A stretch of 63,313 nucleotides of DNA, the filler included, from Globobulimina sp. (lineage: Eukaryota): assembly GCA_003354225.1 (NCBI GenBank). It is 12 parts of 12 records of this genome, joined end to end, with 100 filler letters (N's around TTAATTAATTAA, not from the genome) between each part and the next. Parts side by side here need not be neighbours in the genome. Positions count along the whole stretch, not along the records: positions 31,761 to 36,937 come from PIVH01000680.1; positions 37,038 to 42,214 come from PIVH01000681.1; positions 42,315 to 47,491 come from PIVH01000682.1; 9 more parts are not named here. One strand, given 5' to 3'. Positions 36,843 through 47,591 of the stretch are shown in pieces. Below the pieces are notes generated by a model. That model worked only from the letters and a program-made list of their open reading frames with translations, did no database searches and was not told where the DNA came from. The position numbers and the translations under genes were made by a program. Position 1 is the first letter of the stretch; every line of letters begins with the position of its first letter.

Positions 36843-37353
36843 TTTGAGTTTTGTAAATTAAATTAGAAAAAACACTAAGTTCCACACTCACAAATAGTCA
36901 AACACACAATTCCAAGTTCAACGGAATTTAATTTGTANNNNNNNNNNNNNNNNNNNNNNNNNNNNNNNNNNNNNNNNNNNNTTAATTAATTAANNNNNNN
37001 NNNNNNNNNNNNNNNNNNNNNNNNNNNNNNNNNNNNNATTTCACCACAAACTCACAATTACTCCTTTCATAATTATATTAAAAATATAGTCAGATGCGTC
37101 TCCATATATCTGACGATGGTATGGTTACCACACCAAACATCAATATAGATTACAAAAATTATGCATATGAGGCGGGCAGATTTTAAACTGCAACATCGTG
37201 ACAAATTGATGTGAAACAATGGTTTTTGTCTTCTTTCTGTGAAAACCTCCCAAGCAAAAAAAGTGTCTTATTTGCTACATACAATCTACAAATGACTACA
37301 ATTTAGATGTTTTAGTTTTATATGCTACATTATGTGAAAAGGAATATATTGAA

Positions 37354-39918
37354 TTATTCAGCCATAATTGACAAAGTTCTTAATCTGCCCAGCACTTTTG
37401 TAAACATCTCAGGTGGATTGGCAGTGAACTGCCCAGTTCTTCCATTTATATGTTTAAATTTCAACAAATACGCATGTAAATAATGCATTTCATGAAAGTT
37501 CGTGATTTCATCGAATAATTCATTTTCATATTTTTTATATTCTTTTACATAATACACATTATCCCCAACCACTGGTATCTTCATATTATGGCAATGAACC
37601 CTCACTTGATGGGTTCTGCCTGTCGTTAACTTGCAATTCAACAATGAAAACCGATGCGTTTTCTTTTGTTTCTTTGGAACATATTCAAAAGTCTCCAATT
37701 CCCGAAAATGAGTCACTGCCAACTTAGCTCTGCCAACTCGTTTCTGTCTGTTTTCAAATTCATTTTTCCCTCTCCGCTGTTTCTGTGTCATCTCACATTG
37801 ATATTGTTGCAACATTTCCGTATTTACATCATTCTCATTCAATAATTTTAATTTTTTCATCAATTCCTTATCTTTTGCTGCATTTTTAGGAACATTCAAC
37901 GGGGTTTTATCTTTTTTCATTTGTTCCTCTTCCTCATAGGTCATCCGACCTAATTTGTGCCGCACAATATTTTCCTCTTTGATATCATCATTGGTCAATA
38001 AACTAAACGGTGATCTTTGTGGCTGTTCCATGACATGGAATTTTGTCCTATGCACCGGATGTCTCTCAATGTAATTCTCTTCGCTCCATAGCTCTTTTGC
38101 TAACTTATTGTGAGTGACTGCTAAATATTCCCTTCCAATGGAATGTTCTCCAAACTGCTGCTGCAAAAACCTGCAGCTTGCAATATTTTTGCCCACCACT
38201 AACAAGCCAGATGTATGCCTATCGATTCTATGCACAATGCCAGGTTTAATAATATCTTCCAACGGGGAGTTAATAAACATTTGTCTCTCTTCTTCATGAT
38301 CAAAATCACTGTCCTCGTCGCGAAATGATTGAACATCTAAATCTAAGTTTTTATTTTGTATATGCGAATAAAATAAATTTATGTCATGTTCATCTTCGAT
38401 GTTCGTGGATTGAAACAGCAAATCATCAAAAGTAGCATCCTTAAATGAGTTGATGGCATTGAATTGAATATCTCGTAATTTTGGACAATGGAATAATAAG
38501 AAATTCAGCAAAGAGTTTGAGAAATCGCAACCAGTGGAAAACGTTGGATGTACAGCGATGTTTGGTGGTTTATTCACAACCATAATATCATCATCTTCAT
38601 ACAATACAATATCATCTTTGGTATAAATTTTATTTTTTGTAATCAAGTTCGGTGAGGGAGCTATCTGTTGGCCAATTAATTGCAACCATTCATAAACATG
38701 TTGGTTGGTTACTGTCCGTGTCGTTAAACCCATCATTTTCTGCAATGTGTTATGATGTTCATCCACTTGTTCACTTTCATTTTCATCCTCATTCTCAATT
38801 TCATGTTCATGTTCATCTCCGTCAATGTCTGAATCATTTATAGCATCACGGATTAATTCAGCATCAATACGGCTTACTTCACGTTCAATGTCATACACTT
38901 TTAATCCTGTATCGCCTTCAACATTTTTATGCTCATTCTCGCTATCATTGTTTCCCTGTTTCTGCTGCAATGTATGGATGAATAACTGCGCAATTCTCTT
39001 ATGATACTGTTCCAATAAGAACGAATATGGAATATAACATATAATCTGATCATGTTGTTTGAGTTTATACGATGGTCTGAATATATGTACCAAATCATTC
39101 ACAATGGCTCCATTTTCTGTGACGAATCTGTTAATCATCGCGCGCGATAACCTCAGTTGCGTCAATGTCAATGGTGAAAATATTGACTCTTTTTCAACCA
39201 TTTCTTGCTCCTGTTTTTCTGCTCGAAATTTGCGCAATGTTTGTCTCGCTTTTTTCCTTGCTTTGCTGTCTGAATACAAAAGTTAAATCATATACAAATG
39301 AATACGGAAATTTCTATAAACTTCAACAGATGTTTTGCATTAATCGTACATACCGAATAAACGAAATCGAAGTTGGATTGGATCCATTAATGTGTCATTT
39401 GTTTTGTTTTGATTCGTATAATGAAAAACGGCAAATATTAACCTTCGGAATAAATAGTCATCCAATCGAGTTCGTTTCTTGTCTCGTAAATGCTGCTCAG
39501 TTACTTTTAATTGTATTTTTAATATATTTGAAGGTGTTTTTATAACTCCGCTTTCGATATTTATTAAACTTGCGTCTTCGTATTTTTTCGATAATGATAT
39601 TTGTGGGTTGAACTCGTCGGCATTCTCTACTTTTGTCAGCATGTTTTGGTATGAAACATTAAAGAATGATTCGCCGTATTCGCTGTAATAATCTTTAGAT
39701 GTCGGTTTTAGTGGTGATTTGGTGGAGGATATTAATTCAGAAATATCCCTTACTTGACCCAGATTGTCTTCGTTTAGTTCCTCGTCATCATAATTGAGCA
39801 ATGTAGTCGAATAGTGTCGTTTAGAAAGATTGCCAATATGGATTGCATAGTTTGTGTGGTGGGAACGCTGTCTTACCACAATGCGGAATTGATGAACAGT
39901 TTTGGATTTCCAACTCAT
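37354..39918 (-). CDS. RluA/RluD-family pseudouridine synthase, probably mitochondrial (two exons)
   Basis: S4-like RLDDYL..LSRA; LYEDDDIMVVNKPPNIAVHP; catalytic PGIVHRIDRHTSGLLVV; TGRTHQVRVH; PVVGD; LHA. Intron 39270-39353. Basic N-terminus lacking acidic residues. Confidence 0.92.
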
Positions 39919-39941
39919 TTATTTTTATTTTTACTTGAGAA

Positions 39942-40490
39942 ATGGATGACTTATCGGACTTAGCAGCGTTGCTAAACCCTGACTTTCAACCAAATATACA
40001 TTATCTATCACCTGTCAACAGGCCAATAGAAGCGGATGCAATTCCTCAATTTAGTATTATGGACTTTGCGATGCCCGTTGTAGAAGATGTTGATCATAAA
40101 TCTCAAGATGAACACTTTGTTGATGATGTTTATAAACAGTTACAAAATATTATTGAATCATTGAATCAGTTACAAAATGAATGTCCAAATGTTATTGAAG
40201 TAAATGAAAATTTAACTGGCATTCAGGTAAAAATAAAAATAAATAATTATAAAAACTGGAATTTGACCGATACGATGTTGTGGATAAAATATTTGGAAAA
40301 TGGACGATATGACAGGTATACAAATCAATTAATGAATGGATTCAAGGAATTGAAGATCACAGGACATTATTTACCTTATTTATCTACAGCAGATTTGAGT
40401 GTGTCTCCATTTAATATCAAAATATTTCGTGATAAAAGAGATTTAATTGCACACTTTAAGAGGTTGAAAAAAAATGTCTGTATAACATAA
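39942..40490 (+). CDS. SAM-domain protein
   Basis: WNLTDTMLWI...YDRY...FKELKITGHYLPYLSTADL...IKIFRDKRDLIAHFKRL. Confidence 0.7.
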   Translation: MDDLSDLAALLNPDFQPNIHYLSPVNRPIEADAIPQFSIMDFAMPVVEDVDHKSQDEHFVDDVYKQLQNIIESLNQLQNECPNVIEVNENLTGIQVKIKINNYKNWNLTDTMLWIKYLENGRYDRYTNQLMNGFKELKITGHYLPYLSTADLSVSPFNIKIFRDKRDLIAHFKRLKKNVCIT

Positions 40491-40710
40491 AACCGTTTAT
40501 TTTGCTGTTGACACTGATATTACAATACATGTTTAATTTGCTATGTTTTTAAATTGATTTGTATAAAGAAACGCGTTTCTGTAAACAAATATTTCTACTC
40601 AAGTCGCACCACAGCAGAAGCATTAAATAAATTTAAACTTTAAAGTGAAAAACTCAGTCAAGTGAACACCGTATTTGTATAGCTATATCACAAGCTCAGA
40701 AAAGCAACCA

Positions 40711-42214
40711 ATGAACTCATTAAGTCCAGGTCAAGTGACGGAAATGAGGAAAGTGTTTGCAATGTTTAACCAATCAGGCTCCAAAAAGCTAAACGCTGAA
40801 GAATTATCCATAGCATTGGAACGCATCTCTGGCAGTAAGCCATCGTTGGATGAAGTCCAACAACTAATGTCCACCTTCAATAAGAACAACGATGGCAGCA
40901 TTTCCTGGGACGAATTCTACGAAACCTTATCCACTTTCATCATCTCGCAGGAATCCGGCAGTTCTCGTTTTGACAAATCTGATATTTTCGACAAAAAGCG
41001 TCTCCATACAAACATTGCAGACTTTTTCTTACAACACAAAAAATGCGACAATTGGGATCAATTAAGACAGCGTCGTTTGCAAATCGCATCCTCCATAAAA
41101 TCCTCACTCACCGAGCAAGAAATCGTAGATGAAAACAAAAAACAAGAATCGCTCTCCAAATGTCAACGAATGTTCAACAAAATGCCAGATATCGTGTCAG
41201 AATTACATCATTCAGTCGGTGCCAATGACATTAAAAAAGCAACTGACTGTGTACAATATTTAGCGGATATATTATCCATTTTGAATGTATACCATACAAC
41301 GCAGGATAGACTGAGCATTGCTGAATTTTTAGCGACTTTATTCAGACGCATAAGGGATAGCAATGTGAGTAAGAAAATTATCAACTTTGTCTCTGAGGAC
41401 CAGGCACCGCAATTACAGTATCAATCCTGTCGCTTTGTAGTGCATTACTGCCAAGGTCCTCGTATCCCGAATACACCAAAACAGTCCACCTTGCATCCCA
41501 CCAATATGTACCATAAAGGGGTCTGTATTAATAATGGTGTTGTCCCTGCGTTGGAAGCACTGTTTCAATCAAAGCAGGAACAATTACGAAATAAAGTGTG
41601 TTTCTATTTCATTTCTGGTTTCTATGACTTTTTGTAACAAATTGATTCTATGTTAGGCGATTGAAGCCATTGGCAAAATTGCGTCGCATGATGGCGATGC
41701 CAGACAGTATGTGATTAATAATGGGATTACCATGGAACTATTGGCACTGATTCAAGCTTCTGCGTCCATCTCTACGCTGCGTTATGTCACTTGGACACTG
41801 AGCATTATTTTGGGCAATACGCATACTACAGAATGTGTGAAAAATGTTGATGCGAAATTGGTATGTTTTTCTTTTTTCTGTGCATATCCTTACACACAAT
41901 CGTGTGATATGATATGTGTTGGTTTTCAGTTACAAAACACATTGGAAAAGCTGGGCAAATTATTGTTTGAAATAGTGGCTACATTCAGGAAAGATTTCGA
42001 AGCGCAAAATAAAACAAATAACAGTAACGTCCGATTAGGTGACTCTCAAAAGAAAGAGTTGCAAATTGTATTAATGAATACATTATGTTGTTTATCATAT
42101 TTAATCCCTGGAATTCAGAATTTCCCCATGTTCTGGCGTAAATTTATCGAATTGATCACTTTCCCGGTACCTGCCATACAGTGCATGGTCTTGGACTGTA
42201 TGATTGATATCGTT
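40711..42214 (+). CDS. EF-hand plus importin-alpha-like armadillo-repeat protein, 3' partial
   Basis: EF-hand pair (FAMFNQSGSKKLNAEEL; FNKNNDGSISWDEF). ARM repeats PQLQYQS, NGVVPAL..LRNKAIEAIGKIA..ARQYVINNG and LRYVTWTLS. Introns 41596-41656 and 41861-41929. Confidence 0.75.
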
Positions 42215-42314
42215 NNNNNNNNNNNNNNNNNNNNNNNNNNNNNNNNNNNNNNNNNNNNTTAATTAATTAANNNNNNNNNNNNNNNNNNNNNNNNNNNNNN
42301 NNNNNNNNNNNNNN

Positions 42315-42451
42315 TGTAGTTGCCACTCAATTTTGGTGCGTTTACTCCCCAATATGGCGTATTATATTCATATAGAAACCTGTACCAAAATGTGTTATAA
42401 ACAATGTTTGCACCATTCCACAAATCGCGAATCATTTGCTGTTCTGTTGTA
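42315..42451 (-). pseudogene. 3' continuation of the GT8 gene beyond the transposon insertion
   Basis: Empty-site reconstruction reads KRGTTEQQMIRDLWNGANIVYNTFWYRFLYEYNTPYWG, matching GT8 DQ..LN...W..L...YN. Confidence 0.8.
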
Positions 42452-42559
42452 CTGTAACATCTTTAATTAACAAAATCATTGATTTTTCTCTGAAAAACTT
42501 TCTTTTCAACAAAACAATCTACTTTGCACTGAAAAGCACTACTTTTCATCAAAATTACA
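42452..42559 (+). repeat. Left terminal inverted repeat (108 bp)
   Basis: ctgtaacatc...caaaattaca; exact reverse complement of 46270-46377. Confidence 0.97.
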
Positions 42560-42633
42560 TAGTTTCCGTTTTCTGAGAAATTTCAACGAAAAACATATTT
42601 TTTCACAGCAAACAAATAACAATAAAAACATGA

Positions 42634-45600
42634 TCAACCTCTCCATATTTCTCGTGTACCATGATAATGCAATGTTTTTAGAAAACAATTGTAATATCTA
42701 TTATTTCTTGTTTTTACATGAATTTCACCATCACCCAAATCCGCAATGATAGTCCCTTTAATATCTCTATTATTCGTTCTTGTCCACTCAATTTTTCGCT
42801 TCCTTAAATCAAAAAAACATTGATTATTATCCAATCTCTGTTTATATCCGTCAAATTCCAATAACCATTCATCACTAACATCAACATTTATTGGTTCATA
42901 TGCAGGTACAATACCATATGCTGAATTAACAGGACACGTTTTATTATGTTGTTTTATTCTCTTTTTCTAATATTTGCTGCAATATCTCCAACCACAACCA
43001 CCCATATTTGCTTGATCTGCTATAGAACCATTGATTGGTGCACACAAATACGCTGTCTTTGGATTTTTATAAACCAATAAGCGATCATCAATCCCTTTAA
43101 AATCATCATTTTGTTTGTTTAAATAATATTGCTGCTTTTCAGGGAATAAATCTTGTTTAGTTTCAGTTTCTTTAAGTTTCTCATATCTTTTCAATTGTTC
43201 CGTGAGATGTTTGTCATAATGTTGCGGATCAAACTTATTTTTGAAGGCTTTTTGAATATTTTTCAATCCATTTTCTTTGTTTATATCAGCTATAACAGAC
43301 CCAATTATTTTATCCATATCTTTCCATGTAATTTTTGAAATTACTTTTTTTTTTTCGGTTTTATCTCGAAGTCCTTTGATAATTGCTTCTCTCACAAATG
43401 TCCTACCTTTTCTCCTTGTTTTCCGTTTGAATTGTCCGTTACATAATGGATGATCTGCAAGCTGTGAATATGCAGTGATATTGGGGGCAATTCTGTTGTA
43501 TTTTCCATGCAAAACTTCAAACAAATGTCTCATCCAATGTTCGTTGGTTTTATGTCCCGATGCAGAGTCATCCTGAAATAAAAACCATTCTCTTTCATTC
43601 AAATTATTAATATTTATATTTTTCATTTCTTCTCTTTTCAATCTAAAACAAAATAATATCAACAATTGATAAGTCCATTCATTTATCCACTTGGATGGAG
43701 TACGCATCCACCATAATCTTAAACCATTTATACGTTTTGGAATGAATTCAATTCCAAGTTTTGCATCGTATCTCTCAATGGTTAATCCAAAAAAATCCAC
43801 ACTAAAATTAAATTAAAAGTGAAAACATTTTTATGATTTTTCAATGTTTTAAACTTAACTGATCCCACCTCCAAATACCAATAAATGTAGTCGTATCTTT
43901 GTCATTTGGTACCCAGAATACCTCTGAATTTCTCCCTTTGTATGATATTGTTAAGTTTTTAATGCAAAAATCATGCCAAACCATGGTCTCATCCAAACTA
44001 TAAATATTTGTAATATTTATATTATTTTTGTTGAGTATATCCATGACAATTTCCTGTTGTTTCCCTACTTTAGCCGCAATATATTCCGGTTTAAATTTCA
44101 TTTTGCTGTTAATAGAATAATATTTGCTGTCATTTGCTTTAATCCATATTTGTGCATCTGCATATGATCTATGTGTTTTATATTCTGTATAATTAATATC
44201 CTTTGCTGTTTTAATAAAAAAATCTGCAATGTCATACACAGATACTCCGATTCTACATTCATATCTATAAAAATCAAAATATGTTTTCACTCCGTTAAAT
44301 AATTTATTTCGGATTTCTGTTCTTTTTCTACCTTGCCCAGGTAGGTTGCGTCTGTTTCCAGTCACTTGTTTACTTTTATATTTATCTTTTTTATTATATA
44401 ACTCTTCATAGATATACTTTTGTGTGAAATCTTCACATCTTTCTTTGCATAATTGCTCACAACAAAATCTTAGTGTTTGAGTCGGATTAGCAGCAATAAT
44501 CAGATCCAAACGTTTGAGTGACTGTCGTTTTTGCAGAACTGTTGTTGTGCGGTGGTGAGTACCTTTCTTTGTTTTGCGATGGTGAGACCTGGAATATTAC
44601 AACAAACATAAAATATTATTTCAAACACAAAAAAATGCAAAAAAACACGCTTAAAAATACACAAAAAATACACAAAAAAATACACAAAAAACACGCATAA
44701 AAATACACAAACAAACTACTTTTTATTATGATTACGATTACGATTATCATTAAGATCATGGTCATTTGACGAGTACGCGTATGATGAAAACGATATTGTT
44801 GATGCTAAGTCACTGTCAGAATAGGATCCGGATTCAGATTGTGAATCTGAATAAATCTCACTTTCAGATTCTGACTGTGAAAAATCTGAAGAGTCAGATT
44901 GTAAATTATTTGTATCCCCACGCAAACGACTCAATCTCTCCACAGCTGATTCCATATCAGGACTATTTTGCAAATTTAATTGTGGAGGAAGTCGGGGACG
45001 AGGTGCTGGAGGACGTGGTGCTGGAGGACGTGGTGGAGGACGTGGTGGCGGACCCGGTGGGAATAAATTATCTAAGCTGTCATCATTATTATTTGCTGAA
45101 TTATTATTTGTTGAAATTGAAATTGCATTGCTTGCAATTTCTAATTTTTTTGCTTTTTTCTTTGGTGGGGCTTCTTTGGCATATTTTGAGTAACGTCTTT
45201 TTCTGTTTTTCTTTCTTTTTCTGGGCTTTTCCTCCTTTTCTAAACCAATCCGTTTTTCTGGGCTTTTCTGTGCAAATCCAAATGATCCAAACCGTTTTTC
45301 TAAACCAATCAAATATGTATCTTTGGAATAAATTAATTGCCTTTTTTTATATGTTGGATGGACATAATATTTCCCGTTGTTGAGATATAAATATTTTTGT
45401 TCTGAAATTGATTGCAATATTTGCAATGTGTCATCCTTTGATATTTTAAAAAATTGTTCGATTTTTCGCCGTGAGCAGGTTTGTTTTTTGATGACCCAAT
45501 GTAAAATTTGATCAACTTTTCTTTCTAAACGCGGAGCTAACACAAAAATGCGCGAATTTGTATGGTTATTCGATGGATTTGGACGGTTATTTGATGAATT

Positions 45601-46230
45601 TGTTGTTGTGTTATTGATTTGAGTGTTATTGGTATTGTTGGCGCATTGCTTTATTTCTGTTTTTTGAGTGTTTCTAAGTTGTTTTATTTCTGTTTTCAAC
45701 GAATCAATGGCTGATTTCATCTCAGTATCTGGATATTATGCACATTTTTTTATGTTTGCATATAGAAATTTATATAATTAACATTGATTATTATCATTTA
45801 AAGACTGATTATTATCATTTAAATATTGATTATGTGATGGTATCGACTGATTTGATGGTTGAAAAGCAATCCGTTTTAACGGTATTCGAGGAGCAATTTG
45901 TGGTTTTTCAATATATCGTATTTGTGTTGGAATTCGTTGACGAGGGATATATTTTATTTGTGTTTCACAGACTGGATATTCTGTTTCGTACGCAATATCT
46001 CCTGGATTACCACCAAAATAACCAGGATGTACTGGCGTATCATCTAAATCATATGCAATGTGATGTGGATCAGTTATATAATGATTTGATTCATGCTCAT
46101 ATTGATATGGTATGTGTTGATTTTGATATGTTTTTGGATGTCTTTTAAATGTTATATGACTGCGATGTTGATTTGGCGGTGCATATTGCTTCGGCGGATT
46201 GTAAGCGTGATATGGCACTCTTCGATGCAT
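42634..46230 (-). CDS. Four-exon pogo-like transposase gene (~1,117 codons, one in-frame TAG at 42967-42969)
   Basis: Exons 46230-45783, 45728-44720, 44588-43860 and 43801-42634 join in frame through GT-AG introns. Catalytic motifs IYSLDET, FQDDSASGH and IAPNITAYSQLAD. Confidence 0.8.
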
Positions 46231-46269
46231 TATGATTATATACCAAAAAAGAACTAGTTTTACAGAGTG

Positions 46270-46377
46270 TGTAATTTTGATGAAAAGTAGTGCTTTTCAG
46301 TGCAAAGTAGATTGTTTTGTTGAAAAGAAAGTTTTTCAGAGAAAAATCAATGATTTTGTTAATTAAAGATGTTACAG
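46270..46377 (-). repeat. Right terminal inverted repeat (108 bp)
   Basis: tgtaattttg...gatgttacag followed by TA. Confidence 0.97.
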
Positions 46378-47293
46378 TACCTCTTTTATAATAATTTATT
46401 TCTAATTTATACAATGATAGCAATGCATCATAAATAATTTTATGTGGCCGAATAATTAAAAATCCTGCATTTAATGCATCATATTGATAATTATCATTTG
46501 TTGCCGCCAATAAATAATTACATGGCATATTAAATATTTCATACATTGGTTGCAATGGAAAATTATCTGCATCAAAGTATGCAATTTGTGCATATTTATT
46601 GTTTGTTGAGTTTGGATTAAATAAAATTAATTTTGTATAAATGTTTTGCCAATATTTTTTTTTGGCATTTTTATTATGTAATATATCATTATCGTTTAAA
46701 ATGATGATGTTGTCAGCTCCAAGAAATCGAAACCATTTTACAACACCGTCGCCATTATGATAATTATCATAATCTTTTAATGTATTTATGTCAATCATCA
46801 ATGTGACATCGATTGCTGTTTTGTGCAATTTATTTATTTGATAACACCAAATCAATGCACTTCTTAAATAATTCAAATTATAGGAATCTTCCAATAATGT
46901 TAAAAATGTCATCTTTGAAGCATTTTGCAAATTATTTAAATATTTATTATCAGAACACAAGAGATTTCCGGCTTTATTTCGAATGAAAGTCTGTCCGCTG
47001 TAAAATTTTTGATGCAACCTATTTATTTCTACCAATGACTCAAAATCAAATATAAATGTTAATGGATTTAATCTTATAAAATATTTGGCCATCACAGTAT
47101 CAACAATGCAGAGCATAATCATCAAAATGCATACGGCAAGAAACAACATGCAACAATTTTTCTTTTTTTTCCCGCCACAAATATATGACCATTTCTTTTT
47201 TTTTCCACCCCAAATATATAACCCATTTGAGTCCATTCGATGACATTTATCGCAAAGACATTGTTTGTGTTTGATACATTGCGATATATTCAA
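46378..47293 (-). pseudogene. Glycosyltransferase family 8 (glycogenin-like) gene interrupted by the transposon
   Basis: TM anchor; YLRSALI, YTKLILF, YAQIAYFDAD (DxD) and LNAGFLIIRP. The frame then runs into the TIR. Confidence 0.85.
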
Positions 47294-47379
47294 AGTACAG
47301 AAATCTTTTTGTTGCTGTTTGTGATTTGGTTTCCTTTTTTGTCTCTTTGTGTTGGGTGTACTTTGTCGTTTGCAGAGGA

Positions 47380-47491
47380 TGCATTGCTTGCAATTTCTAA
47401 TTTTTTTGCTTTTTTCTTTGGTGGGGCTTCTTTGGCATATTTTGAGTAACGTCTTTTTCTGTTTTTCTTTCTTTTTCTGGGCTTTTCCTCC
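47380..47491 (-). repeat. 112-bp exact copy of transposon-internal sequence 45124-45235
   Basis: tgcattgcttgcaatttc...gggcttttcctcc is identical at both sites and in the same orientation. Confidence 0.9.
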
Positions 47492-47591
47492 NNNNNNNNN
47501 NNNNNNNNNNNNNNNNNNNNNNNNNNNNNNNNNNNTTAATTAATTAANNNNNNNNNNNNNNNNNNNNNNNNNNNNNNNNNNNNNNNNNNNN

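Larger units (their letters stand above)
42452..46377 (-). mobile_element. Complete pogo/Tc1-mariner-superfamily DNA transposon, 3,926 bp
   Basis: Perfect 108-bp TIRs (42452-42559 and 46270-46377), TA duplication (42450-42451 and 46378-46379), internal DDD transposase. Confidence 0.95.

Noticed and set aside
42967-42969. Alternative genetic code (TAG = Gln)
   Set aside because: Single instance. Multi-kb ORFs elsewhere have no in-frame TAA/TAG, and other apparent breaks resolve as GT-AG introns.
46145-46377. C-terminal part of the 382-aa ORF as genuine GT8 sequence
   Set aside because: It is read-through into the transposon TIR.
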